Positions 38,900 to 52,649 are shown, numbered from the stretch's first letter. The stretch: DNA of 64,000 bases from Paragordius varius (GCA_964247055.1 OZ176056.1:7254001-7318000), one strand, 5' to 3'. Numbers and translations: made by a program. The notes: generated by a model from the sequence alone, not told the origin.

Positions 38900-39830
38900 G
38901 TAAGGTCTTTACCCGTTTTTTGGTAAAAAAACCCACTACTGAAGGGAAATAAATATAAATATTATTATCCATTGCCTTCCACACATTTAGCCCATCTCTC
39001 AAATAATAATATATTAATGTCAGGCCAAAAAAACTGATTTTGCAGATTAGGCTTTTCCAATGTCTTCGAAATTATTAGTGTGCTTCTTTGCGAGGGTGTA
39101 CTCCATTTTTGTCATATGTTGGCAGGTAAAAGAGTTTAGCGGATGCGAAAAATTTCCCATGATAACGATATTTTTAGCTGTACTTAACTAATTTTTCTGT
39201 GTGAGAGGGAGCATTGTCATAGATATTATAATTACTTTGCCATGTCTGGCCCATTCCGGCCAATTTTTAATTAACGTATGGTTCAATTTAATCATTTGTT
39301 GGCAAAGTTTTATCGGTCTTCAAAGTGCATTTCCAATACTCCTTCAGTTCCACCAGAGAAATCATGTTCTTCGAGCAGAATCGATTTGATCTTGGTGATG
39401 GACCGGCTTGGTAAAGTGAAAGCCAGTATTTTCCGCTTTGGATACACAAAATAAAACCGATTTTTTTCATCCCTAACAATTCGATGCAAAAATAATTTTC
39501 GTGCCGTTAATTTTCGATAAAGGTCATACAAATTTTAGGGACCCGTTTGCCGAGTTCTTTGCCATTGATTGCAGATGTTTACTGATTGTTTTGTGAAACC
39601 TGTAAAGTGCGATTCGTTTTTAAATTTGTGCATCATCCAATAACTCTTGCATTAGCGTCTTCTCAGTTGTGCGGTGTACTCAAGCGTTTACACTATTTCA
39701 CATGAAATCACAATTTTGATACATGTTTTTCATTGTTAATAGATGAATTATGATAAGTTTCTGCCCGCAAACTATAACTTTCAACACCTTTTTTTGATAA
39801 CAATGAGTGCCGAAAATATTCCTTAGGCAT
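38900..39830 (-). mobile_element. Mariner (Mos1-like) relic
   Basis: FLHRIVRDEK...YPKRK and downstream fragments in ORFs 39288-39531. Terminal AGGTCTTTACCCGTTT motif as at ~10238. Confidence 0.78.
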
Positions 39831-40983
39831 AAACATGATTACTAATGATAAGAATAAGATGCTGGTTTTTATTTAATCATATTGTGTTTGTATGTCGTTT
39901 AATATAAAAAAAAATGGGGTATGGTTCAAATCAATTGGCTGATACCAGATAAGTCCCTGTCTTTTAAAGTTTCTTGTGTATTATTTGGCAAATACATGTA
40001 AATTCCAACTATTTTAATATCTTTTATATTTATGATGTATGTAGGCGTTAGTATTAAATCATACCTAATAATATCCAAAATTTTATAATTCCCGATGACA
40101 CTTCTACACCACTTAGTTTTATATTTTTTTTCAAAGAAAAATTTTCCAATTACTTAGTTGCTTAAAAATTTGTAGCGCATTAGATGTAGTGAATTCCACA
40201 TTTTTTAAAAGGTAATAACCAAAACAATAAGCAGGCCATTATGGTGTTTGGCATCTGTTCTTATAAGCCATTTTACTTCAGACTGTTTTCGGATTTTACA
40301 TTTAATCATTTTTTTGAATAATTAATCATACGAAATCCACAACGAACCTCTCACTTTAAACGATAATATATTAGGTAAAATGATAGGCAAATGCGAGTTT
40401 ATGGTTCTTTTTTCAAATTCATTATCGTAGTAGGTTCATATAACATTGTCACATTATGTAGCATTGGAAAAAACGATGAAGTTGAAAAATAACAAATCCC
40501 CTTCCATAAATAATTGTCAATTACTTTGAAATAGAAATGAAACTACTATTCTAATGCGACTAATCAACATTTTTAAAAAAATCAAAAAATAGAGAATATA
40601 ACCGTTCAAGAAATATCAGCATGACAAACTCAAATATAATTTTTAAATCCCAATGATATTTATTTTATAAAATATTGAAAACATTTCTAAAACTACCACA
40701 CACATACATAAAATGAATGCATTTTAATTGGTAACGCATAATTCCTAATTAAAAATGCATGTATAAATCATATAATTTATAATTCACTGAGCAAACAACA
40801 CAATAAAAAAATTCAATAATTATGCATATTCGATTTTGATTGGGCTAACTAAAAAAGCTTTTTGGGATATATATGTAAACATTATTCTAACACAAAATAA
40901 TTATATTAAACTTAGCTTAAACTTTAAAAAAATTTAAAAATATATAATGATGTGTTATGCATAAATATTCCCAGAACATCCCC

Positions 40984-43900
40984 TTAATCTAATTTGGTAT
41001 AATCGACTTGTTTAATGGTGGGTACAGTACGCCAAAAAAATTGGGAGCCTCGTTTAAGTTGGGCCTACGCAATTGATAAAATATATTAAAAATAAAAATT
41101 ATAAATTTGTTTGTATATATTTCCCATAATTTTTTTTATTAAAAATATAGTATGCACATTAATGTTATTAACCAATTGACAATACAATACAATACACAAG
41201 TGTATGGGTAAACAACTAAGGATTGAAAAAAATACTACAAATGGAAAAAATATATTTTATATCATACGTTACTGTATTAACTATTGGTCAACATTAATGT
41301 GCACACACTGTATAAGTGTTCAAACGAAAATGAAAATAAAAGGCGATCACATATAAAAATGACAAAAATAATTACTAAAGCACTAAGATGATTCCAACAA
41401 TCAAACCAAGTCTTGTAATGATACATATAGGGGGGATGGCCAGCTTTCAATCTAATAATTATATTAAAACGTCAAATCGTAAAAATTTTACATGGAAGCA
41501 TTTCCATCAAAAACAGTTATTTTTGTTCGGCGCTTAAATCAAATAAAAACATAATTTAATTGATTACAAAATCGTGTGAAATATATAATTAAGTAAAAAA
41601 GCAATTTATATTTTTCCCCTTATTTTGTAACCCAAAACAAAAGGTTTCATCACATTAAAGATTGAAATTATACAAACAAAACATAACATTTATAATAAAA
41701 ATTTAAAAAGACAATTTCATATTTTTTATAACCTTGATTTTTCTTACATAAACTATAAAATTACAAGTTTATGATTGAGTCCACACAATATCAAACTGGA
41801 TTCACAACCTAAAACAAGAGTTTATATGGTTGTCTTAAGTAAATTGTCATTTTTACATTCAGTTATAATTTCAATGATGATTACTGTATTGAAAAAATCA
41901 AATGTTAATTATGGTTGAAACGTTAATTTATAATTTTAGTTTTGCCTAAAAAATTTTTCTCATAGTAAAAGTAATTTACCCATGCGCGCCGGATACAGCC
42001 ATCATATTACCAACCAATAAGTATGGGTATGTAAAGAGATTCGCAAGAATCTATGATAAATAACAAAAAAAAATAATTAAAAATTTTCATTTTTTTAGAT
42101 TAGTAAACTCTTTAATTTATTATAACTATAATAATTATCTCAATGATTTATAAATATGCATATATTAAATTATTTGCATTTGCTCAAAAAAAACTGAATA
42201 AAAAAACGCTTAAATTATATTTTCAATAAAACTAAATATATTATATTTTATTATTATAAGATTGAGAGATGTATAAGGCATTATGTTTTTTATCATAAAT
42301 TAAAAAACTAGAAGCAATATATATATATATATATATATATAACATTTACACTTCAAATTCACAATAAATTATGTCTTTTAGATCAAAAATTACCTATATA
42401 TTTTTTATAAGTTTAAAAAGTAAATTTTGTTCCAAATAAATACTAAAAAAAATAATAATCGATAAAAACATTTAATATATTAATGATGAGTTATATTAGC
42501 CCCAAACAAATAATTTATTTTCAGGGTGAATTTACATTGTTCAAGGGTGAATTTGAATTGTAAATGGTATAAAAATTAATTTTAATTCATATACTTATAT
42601 GTTTCCAAATTACCAAATAAGCAAAAAACTTATTAATAAAAATTATATGATTGAGAAATTGATACCCCAGTCAACGTAAGTGTATGGTTTTGCAATTCCT
42701 ATGTTATGCATAAAAAATAAAAATTAGTATGAAAGAAGGAACTAATTATTAGCTTGCTTAGAAAAAGTCATATAATAGGGAAAATATTTACCCCCTATTT
42801 TTTGTTTTTACTATTTGTGCAAGCAAAAGAAATTACCCATAAAGGGTAAATAAACGAATTTTTCAATAATATATTACACTACATTTTTAGTGTTGTTAAT
42901 AAAATTAAAATAATTTTTTTTTTTGAAAAAAATAAAATAAAAATAGGAATAATTAATTTATCTTACATTATTCTCCAACACATATTTGTTAGCAAAATAG
43001 GCCAAAGTATATGATATCCAAAACGTAAATAATTCACCCAGGGCTCTCGGCAATAAACCGCTGTTAAAATAATCAAGGGACATTTAAAAAAAGTTATGTA
43101 ATAATTAAATGACAAATGTTTTTTATATTAAAACTTTTTGTAATAGGACTTATCGTTTTGAGTTTCACATTATGGGATGAAAACATCAGTAAAATCCTAT
43201 ATACTAACGAATGTAATCATTTTATTATATAATAAATTAAAAAAAAAACTTTAAAATCTTGATTAAAATTGCTAAGTTTCTTGTAAACTTCATTCCATTT
43301 TACTGTAAGTTGATAATATTTTATCATAACTTTTAATTTAAAATAATGCGTAAATAAAACCTAAAAAATCCGGATATTCCTTCATTCGTATATATTTGAC
43401 CAATTGAAGCCACTATACCTCTTGAAAAACGGAAAAAAAAAGAAAAATACATATAATGTTAATATTTAATTGGATTATATGTAACTTATAAAAATTTACG
43501 GATATAACCCTTTGTAAAAACACTAAGTTATTTCTTAAAATATATACTAACATGAATTGCTTTTGAATTTTGGATTTGTCTGTAATAATTTTTTTAAAAT
43601 TTAAATATATCCGCTTTAACACTTCGATTCGAATTGGGGTATCTAAGGAGCCAAGATTAGGTTTAAATTGCTATTTTGAAAATACTCCTGAAAAAAACGG
43701 TTTTATTTAAATTTATGCTTCTATCCTAATAAAAATTATATAAATACGCCTGAATATCTACAAACTTTTTAAAAAAAGTTCCGTATCAAACAACTTCAAC
43801 GCCATCTTTATTTTACCACTTTTTTTGCAAAATATCATGTTTATTTGATTCTAAAGCTAAAATTAAAGCGAATTCACATCCAATATTGATATAAGCATAT

Positions 43901-46683
43901 ATATTGGTTAATTTTGCAATAATTTTATATTTAGCTAATGCACGCATGTCATGCTGACTAAATTTTTACCTTGAGGTATTTTTATAAAATTAATTAATAT
44001 CACGTTTTTTAAATTAATCTTTTTTGTATTTCGAAGCATTCAAAGTTATATAAGTGCAAACTTTTGCAATGGTTTAAATATATTCCATATTTTTATAAAT
44101 AGTACAAGCGGCGGCCTAGGGTCCTCAAAGAACCCAATTTGAATCGGATGACTGATATGAATGTGTTGTATCTCCGCTTTAAACAACTAGTGTAAAGAGT
44201 TTAAAAAAATAAAAATATTTTAATACCGTAGTGAAAATTTATAGACTTACGAGTAATTGTTATCCTGACCAATGTAATCTGCTATCATGCGGACACATAT
44301 AACTATATTTATAGTAATATGGGATAAATTTCAATTCAATACATATTTTCATTAACTAATTATCTTATTATATCTTTTAGAGTTTAGATTAGATATCTTT
44401 AATTTAATTAAGCATTTTCGAGCGAAACCTTATTAAAAATTGTAATTACTGATAAAGGTCCTAATGACACACTAAAGGTAAAATTATTTTGGTTTAAATT
44501 ATGATATATGAGTGTTTAGAGTAGGGTCGTTAATAATAAAAATTGGTTGAAAAATGTGATTATAATGAAATAGTTTTGATTAATAAAATGTAATACAAAA
44601 ATAATTAGAAAAGCCATATTTACAAACGTACGCAATTAACTTAATTATTTTTAATTATTCACACTGGATAATTTTTCAACATTTTTATTAAAATTTATTT
44701 AATACTGCAAAATTTACTATATTTAATTGAAAATGGATTACATGATCTATAATAAATTTTTAATAAGAGTTATTTGTTTAAAAATAATTTTCGTTGCTCG
44801 CATGTATATATATACATTTGAAATAAATTATTACAACAATATTATAGTCCCAAAAAATTGAATAATTATAAATAGGTTAACTTTGAAAAAAATAATAATT
44901 TAAATAATATTTTGAAAAAAATACCGTGTAATGGCTGACTTGCTATGATTGCAGCAAAATGACACAACGACTCCCTAGCCATCTATAGATCACAATTTAA
45001 TAAATATGATTTAAAATTAAAAGTATAATTATGGAAAACTTTTAGCAATGCAAATATTAACTAATCAAAACTCAGGGGTGTCCAACACATGGCTTCGCAA
45101 GTCGTCGCATTGAAAATATATGACAAACGAGCATCCATAAATATTTCATCATGTTTTAATCATGAAAGTGAATATAAAGTATGATATTAATTGTTTTAAT
45201 TTTTGTTCATTCTGCCTACATATGAATTTAAAAGTACCAATAAATCAAGCTTAACCTTAATTTAGTACATTATATTTCTAATGTCAAAAAGATAGATAAT
45301 TTCTTAGATTACCATAAAATATGTCAAATTTTAACATAAAAAGTAAGTACTACCTCAACATAAAAAGCAGTCCATAGTTTTTGGTCATCGGCTATTAATT
45401 CGCCACCCCCATCTGTATTATATAACAGGGGCGCAGAAGCCGAATAAATAAGCTCTTCGGGGTCGGGTCGTCGTTTACCCCTAAGTGCTATGATGTCTTT
45501 CAGTGTTGGTCCGGGATACGTTTCTCGAAGTTTCTAGGAACAAAAGTAAAAAGAGAGAGAACAAATTAATATATGCAACAAAGCAAAATAATATAACCTG
45601 TATAGTATCAAAAATATGGGTGTAATTAAGAAACGCCATAACAATTGAAATAATCCTCGGCTCAAACTTTTTCGCCGTCTTTGTATGTTATGTTTATTTT
45701 AAATCGTGTGAATACAACATGCAAATAAATGTATATTATGGTTGAATATTTTCTAAATTGCAATATAAGAACAAATTTTTGATCAGCTGTTCGTTTAAAT
45801 CGTGTTTTGAAGCTATTAATTAATTAATTAAATTTTAACGGAACCAGTTTTCAAAACAGTAGTTTGTTTGCTACTGTGGTAGAAACTACCCCAAAATGTT
45901 ATCGCGCACAAAAAATGAAACTTAAGGAAGTGTTAATATAATATTAAATTTTTATGGTTCAAAAAATTAGTATCATTAAAGTGTAAAAAATATTTTAGCA
46001 ATGTATTTTCAATAAAACCGATTTTAAAATCAGCTTTTTATATTTCTTTGGAACCATACATATTATAAAAATGTAAAAGTTTGAAAATATTCCGAATTTT
46101 TGTTATTCAGTAAATTAAAAGCGTTATCATTTTAGTATAAATAAATTTTTGCAGGATATCAATTTTAAAAAAGGACAATATGAAATGCTAAAAAGTGATG
46201 TAATAAAATGGTTTATAAACAAACTTTAGATAATTGGCAAGATACGGCAGCCGAAATAAGGTTTTCACAAATTTTAGCAGTAAGTCCACGATATAAACAT
46301 ACAAGACCATTGGCTCTTTTGATATGTCCCACTAAAAAAAGAAAAATTAAGTATATAAAATAAAATGATTAAAATTTTTAATATAAAAATATCGTGTACT
46401 GTATGAAAAAACGTTGGGATAACAACCAACAGGCCGGCCAAACAAATCTTTAGTAAGTGATGGACTCAAAGGCTCATAACCAAGCTAAAATTTTAAAAAA
46501 ATGGTTTATAAATTTATAATAATCACTGATGAAATAACCTAACTAATATTGTAATTAAAGATGTTTGGATGAAAATTATAAAAAAAACACCTGCATCAAT
46601 ACTCTAGCATTTGTAAGGGGATAGGTTAGAACAGTTAAACCTAATGATTGGTAAAAATGATGTATATCAGGGGGATAATTCAT
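40984..46683 (-). CDS. MTCH2: Mitochondrial carrier homolog (MTCH1/MTCH2 family), 12 exons, 329 aa
   Basis: Exons (-): 46683-46591, 46484-46400, 46331-46225, 45533-45354, 44982-44925, 44302-44251, 43420-43361, 43060-42967, 42698-42666, 42050-41980, 41451-41376, 41064-40984 (990 nt, open). Motifs: GLTVLTYPL..ARVLMQLGYEPL, LFGRPV, LYRGLTAKI, SQPLHVI.VRM, EGISGFFSGLLPRALGE, TYPYLLVGNMMAV, AGHPPY...W.DCW.HL, KRGSQFFWRTVP. No exon appears in the ORF track. Confidence 0.93.
43620..44172 (+). mobile_element. piggyBac-like MITE, copy 4 (in an MTCH intron)
   Basis: TTAA|CACTTCGATTCG left end; the right end lacks the terminal CAAGTG. Confidence 0.75.
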
Positions 46684-46999
46684 TACAATCATCTTGTGGT
46701 AACGTTAAATTAAAGTATATAAATGATTTTATGTATGTATGATCACTTTATTGTGAAATAAAAAAAGAACTATTTCAGTACTTGCGCAAATGCAAAAAGG
46801 CAATTGTGCGCCTAATGCTAAAGCTTTATAGAAATAGCCAATAAAAAAATTAATAAACAATATATTACTGGCTATTGTTATCACTTTATGACCTTTTCCA
46901 TTTTTTGTCCGGGATAACCTATTAGGGTAGTTTTATATCCATTTGCAAATTAATTGTTCCAGATTGTGACTTTAGGAGTCTAAAATTAGACAGCTTTAA

Positions 47000-47543
47000 C
47001 ACTTGGATACAATCACATCCATTTCAGTCCTTCAATTCAAATTGGGGTAGTTGGATACCCAAGGCCTGTTTAAAATTAATTAATTTAAAAAATATGGAAT
47101 GGATTGAAACCATGGCAAAAATTTGCACTTTTATAATATTGAATTAAAATATATAGAAAATTTCATTCAAAAATAATTGATATTACTTTTTAGGTAAAAC
47201 CTCAAGGTAAAAATTTAGTCAACATGACATGTGTGCTAAAGCTATATTTAAAAATAAAAACCACTTTTTGTGTTTCTATCAATGTTAGATGTAATTTAAA
47301 TAAAAAATTAGCTTCATAGTTTTAAAATAAAAAAAACACGATATTTTGCAAAAATGCTGTAAAATAAAAATAGCGTCATATTAGTATATGGAACTTTTTT
47401 TTCAAAACCAAATTATATTTAGATATTTCGGCTTATTTATATAATTTTTATTAAATTAGATGCATTAATATAAATTGGGACCGTTTCTTTCAGTAGTTTT
47501 TTTAAAATTTCAATTTAAATTTAGTACAATTTGAATCGAAGTG
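47000..47543 (-). mobile_element. piggyBac-like MITE, copy 5
   Basis: TTAA|CACTTGGATACA ... GAATCGAAGTG|TTTAA. Confidence 0.8.
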
Positions 47544-47584
47544 TTTAAACACGATTGTAAACGGACAATTTTAAAATCAATTAA

Positions 47585-48156
47585 TACTTCGATCTAAATT
47601 AAGGTATCTAAATACCCCAGACTATATTTAAATTTATATTTTTAATAAATACTGAATGGTCTCAATTTAAATTTTTGCTTCTATTCTAATCAAAATTATA
47701 TAAATAAGCCGAAATACCTAAATAAAATTTGGTTTTGAAAAGAAAGTTCCATATCAAACTACTTCGACGCCATTTTTAGTTTACAGTATTTTTGCAAAAT
47801 ATCGTGTTTATTTGATTTTAAAGCTAAAATGAAAGCTAATTTTTTATTTAATCACATCTTACATTGATAGAAAAAGAAAAAATGGTTTATTTTGTATTAT
47901 TTATTAATTTTACCATTTCACACATGTCACGTTGACGAAATTTTTACCTTTCGGTTTTAGCTTAAAATATAATATCAAGTATTTTTGAATATTTTTTTAT
48001 ATATTTCGGTCTATTAATGTTATAAATGTGCAAATTTTTGCCAAGGTTTCGATTCCTTCCATATTTTTTTAAATTATTTAATTTTAAACAGGCCTGGGGT
48101 ATTCAACTACCCCAATTTGAATCGAAGGACTAAAATGAATGTATTGTATCCAAGTG
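47585..48156 (+). mobile_element. piggyBac-like MITE, copy 6
   Basis: TTAA|TACTTCGATC ... TGTATCCAAGTG|TTAA. Confidence 0.82.
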
Positions 48157-49079
48157 TTAATATTAAATTTTATGTTGCAAACGTAAATGCTTAGAGATTA
48201 TTATTTACATTATTTAACCATAATATACATGCTTATTGCACTGCGTCCGGATTTGGGGGTTATAAATCAAATTTGATGAAATATATATACTAGGAGAGTA
48301 AATGTATCAACATTTTAAGCTTTTGGTTTTGATCCTTACGCATATTAGAAAGAGTTCTATAGTTTTAGGCATATGATCGCTATAAAATAGCAAATTTTCA
48401 GCACATTTATTAGATAAAAATCTTTTTGGTATAACCTAAATGCTTCATTCTAAAAAACTAAATAAACTACTATAAAAAGCAAAACAATATTTTTAAAATT
48501 GTGGACTATAAATATCCCAAATTTTTATCGCTCTTCTAAAATGTGTTTCTTTAAGAACCCAAAAATATACCGGTGCCCAATAAAAATTTTAAATATAAGC
48601 TTAATTCATTAACTAAAAATAATTTTAAAAATATACATACTTTTTTAAAAATTTAATTTTTAAAATTTTGTTGGATTACTTCATACAATTTTTAGATGGG
48701 AAACGGTATGAAAATTTTCAAAATATTATATTAACACTTTTTGTATATACAATGATTCGAAACATTTCTATCTCTTCAGAATTTTAATTTGGGGTTTCGC
48801 TTGCTATCAATAATTTTTCATGAATTTTCGTAAAAAACACAATTTATACCTAAATTTGAAGACGAATGAATATATTAATAATTGGTGCAGCAAAAAATAT
48901 ATTTCGAATTCAGCTAGACAAACCTACACCATACACTCCATATATCTTATTACAGAAAATGGTTTTGGTAACGAATGGGTGTAAAATACAATAATACGAT
49001 TTTGAGGACCGTTATTTAAAATTAAATTAACCAAATCTTATATTAATTTCCTGCAAAATATGTTTCAAATTTATCGGCA

Positions 49080-49440
49080 AGAAACACACGGCTATACATT
49101 CCATCATTACTGAAAATTGGTGGTTTGGGGAATGAGTGGATCTAAAACACATAAGCGATTATCTATGAAGTTCTTATCAAATTTAAGTTAGCCAAATCTG
49201 ATAAACTCTCCAGTAAAATCTGTTTAATAACTCTCAGATAAAAAAAACTACATCATACACTCCATCTATTTTATTACTGGAAATTGGTGGTTTTAATGAT
49301 GAGTAGAAACAGCAATATGTTTCAAAAACCAAAATTAGCCAAATCAAATATATCTTCCAAAATTTCGTAACTCTCACACAAAACAACAAATCCATACACT
49401 TAAATGTTTGCGGTTTTGGTGATGAGTGGATCAAAAACAA
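49080..49440. repeat. Degenerate tandem repeat (~170-bp spacing)
   Basis: AAATTGGTGGTTT...ATGAGT(G/A)GA recurs at ~49115 and ~49280, with a partial third copy at ~49405. Confidence 0.5.
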
Positions 49441-50052
49441 TTATACGAGACGGTTTTTCAATCGTAACATCTTATGCCAATAATACATTTTGCTTTTCAT
49501 ATAATCCAATTCGCATCTCTCACTCTTAGTTTTGTAAAATAAAATCTTATTCTTTAACTTCTGCTAAAACCAACTAGAAAAGAATTTTAACTATTATAAA
49601 ATTTTGATGGTTAGTATATAAAATTAATTTAATAAATAATTCATATTTAACACCTAAAATGAGGTCTTACAGAAAAATAAATAATTTTAATTGTATATGA
49701 TATATAGATATGATGTGATTATTTCTTACGGATAATTTTCATGCCTTCTCATAAATCAATTAAAGTAGACAACGATACCGCATACACAATTTTTGCACCT
49801 GAGCACTATTTTTATTTAAAATAAAATTTTAATTCGATTACCAGAAAACCTCTCCTGTTATAATTAAACTTATACAGATAAAAAGTTGCAACTTAAAAAT
49901 AAATATTTATAAAAAGATACCATTCTTCATCCTTGACTTAATATTTATAATTCAGGGTTGGGTGCTAAATACAGAAAAATATTATATGGACAAAACGTAA
50001 AAAATAAAAACAAAAACTATTTTTTCAAAAGATAGCCATACTTTCAACATAA

Positions 50053-50921
50053 TCTATATATTTATAAAAATAGAAAATGTGATCTGTTTCCGGAAAACCG
50101 GGAGGTCCCATTCAAATCCAAACATCGAAAAAATATAATCATTAATGAATGCGACAATAGCCTCGCCCTTTTTTTAAAATAGACCCCCAGTTTGTTACCC
50201 CGTGTGAAAAACGCGTTTTTTTGAAAACAGAAGTCCACAAAAATCATGTTTTTGAGACAATTTTCCGGAGAACGTGTTGGACCATTCAATTTCAAATATG
50301 ATTTTTGTTTACTTATTTTCGATTGCGCCGAATATAGTCGTCTCACTTTTTTATTTTAGGCCCCCTTTTTACCCGCTCCCCCCGTAAAATGTCATTTTTT
50401 TCAAAAAATAAAGTCCACAAATATAATTTTTAGATTCTATTTTTCGCCCAAGATATGAGACAGTAAAAATTCAATAAGGATTCCAGGTATTCCCTGTTAA
50501 AAGGCAAAAAATTTAGTCAAGCGTTTCTTTGAAGATAGCTGCTGAGTAAGGAGCTACCCGCGAAAAAATGACCCATCATATCGAAATAGCGTGCTTTTGT
50601 GGCTAAATTTCAGAAAATCTATCAGGGCATATGAGTTCGATAGCTGCTTAAAGTTTTCCCCGTAAAAAGTCAAAAATTTTAGTCGAGCGGATTTTTGCTA
50701 ATTAGCCGTTAAATAAACCCTTTACTTAATCATTGAACTATTATTAAGTTTTGAAGCCATTATTCCATAAACAAACGAACTAGGATTTCAGATATAAAGG
50801 CAAATTTTTTTATCTAACTTCAGTTTTATATTGGCCTCTGGGTAGGGGGCTACCTGCCTACAACTGCGCCATCATATCGATACAGCATCCCTTTGGATCC
50901 AAATTTCAGAAAACTTATGAG
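50053..50921 (+). mobile_element. Helitron copy, 3'-truncated
   Basis: A|TCTATATATTTATAAAAAT start; collinear with the 5' half of 3125-5149. Confidence 0.8.
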
Positions 50922-51246
50922 ATTATGTGAATCTTTTTAAAACTTCGTGCCTCATAACTAAATTGCTTATAAAATCAAAAATATATTATGCTAATTTCAA
51001 ATAAAATTGTCTACAAACGAGACAATTAAATGATCGATCAGACTTTATTGATTTTAAACATAAAATCATATTAGTTTGTTGTTTTATTATTTATTTATCT
51101 ATCATATGTATATGTTAAAAAATATATGGATAAAAACACCAATTTTAGTCAAGCGTTTCTTTGATGATAGCTGCTGAGTAAGGAGTATCTATAATATGTA
51201 TAGGATGTTTAAAAATATATGTATAATAAAACATTATTTATAGTAA

Positions 51247-51622
51247 TCTATATATTTATAAAAATGGAAAATGCTGGCTTTGTAATCTGGTACCAGAAAA
51301 CCGGTAGACCCATTCAAATCCAAACTTCGAAAAAATATAATCATTAATGAATGCCCCGACAATAGCTTCGCCCTTTTAATGAATTAGGCCCCCAGTTCGG
51401 GCCCACCCCGTGTAAAAACGCGTTTTTTTGAACAGAAGTCCACAAAAATCGTGTCTTTATTTCTAATATGATTTTTGTTTAGTTAATTTCGATTGCGCCG
51501 AACATAGTCGGCTCGCATTTTTAATTTAGGCCCTCTTTTTACCCGCTGCCTCCGTAAAATGCCATTTTTTTCAAAAAACAAAGTCCACAAAAATCATTTT
51601 TTAAATCTATATTTCCCCCAAG
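51247..51622 (+). mobile_element. Helitron copy, 5' fragment
   Basis: A|TCTATATATTTATAAAAATGGAAAATGCTGGC start. Confidence 0.8.
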
Positions 51623-51841
51623 TAAACAAGAAATTAGTATGATTGCACCGTTTTAAAATTCCTATGAGATCATAGCTTAAATAATGTTTCGAAATAATCC
51701 ACATATGTAGATCATTTTATTGTCCCTTTTTTCAAATAGCCCCACCAAAAGACCGAAGGACTTCTTCGGGTTAGGTGGCAGCACGAGATTTACGCTAGGT
51801 TTTTATATATAAATGATTTTTTTAAATTGCAAAAGGGTAAC

Positions 51842-52546
51842 TAGGGTTGTGCATTTGACTGCTTTTTAAAAAAAGTCCGGTCTGACCCGGTCAGACCATG
51901 GTCATGATGACCACTTTACCTAAGTAAATACCATGCAATATTGGTTTGTGAAAATAATGTTCGAACGACACTTGCGTTTCACTAATAATGTCATGTTTTT
52001 TCTTAAAAGTTATTATACATTTTTAATATTTATTACAATATTTTATGAAATTTAATTAAGAGTTTTGATTTAAAATAAATTTTGCCACATTCTTGTGGCC
52101 TTTTAAATCTTCAAATTCATAGCTTTTACTGGATATTTCAAATAAAATTTTACCTAGTTTGTCTTACAATTTCATCATTGAAATATCCAATTATAAAATG
52201 TTTTTACATTTTAGTGGTTCATATATATAGAATAATCGCATATTTTGCAAAATGTTTGATTGGTTTGTTTTTCAAAATAACTGGATATAAATGCTAATGT
52301 TATAAGGATGCATGTTTAACAACCTTATATTGTTAAATAAGCATATTTAAATATTTAATTTATATTTTTTAAAAAGTATATTAAAAAACGATAAAATCTT
52401 ACCATCGCTCTTCTAAAAAAAATTTACCAGCAATTTTTCAAAAAACAGCTGTTTTTTTAAATGACCATGGTCAAAAAATAAATAGTCACTGACCTGGTCA
52501 TGATTCGGTCAATTGACCAGGTCATGACTTGGTCAGCACAACACTA
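51842..52546. mobile_element. hAT-type MITE, copy 2
   Basis: TAGGGTTGTGC...GCACAACACTA; TSD AGGGTAAC/GTGGTAAC (6/8); collinear with 2148-2862. Confidence 0.88.
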
Positions 52547-52649
52547 GTGGTAACACAAGCAACAATGTTTATGGAATATTTGTCTTTATTTAATGTTTTT
52601 CCTGTATAATTTCAATTTATATATATATATTATAGAAATATAATAAATA

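Noticed and set aside
40200-40640. Possible additional gene between the mariner relic and the MTCH 3' end
   Set aside because: Coding-like composition, but I could not build a phase-consistent exon chain or recognise a motif.
42795-42885. Alternative MTCH exon SFIYPLWVISFACTN plus a 17-nt intron
   Set aside because: Much better matching exons exist at 42698-42666 and 42050-41980 with consistent phases.
45073-45110. hAT-like end CAGGGGTGTCCAAC in an MTCH intron
   Set aside because: No partner TIR or TSD found.
45420-45490. GC-rich potential hairpin (AGGGG...CCCCT, CCGAA...TTCGG) as a structured RNA
   Set aside because: It lies within in-frame MTCH exon 4; coding explains the GC content.
51745-51785. 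Isolated hairpin CCACC...CCGAAG-GACTT-CTTCGG...GGTGG
   Set aside because: Single short stem with no recognisable RNA family or element boundary.
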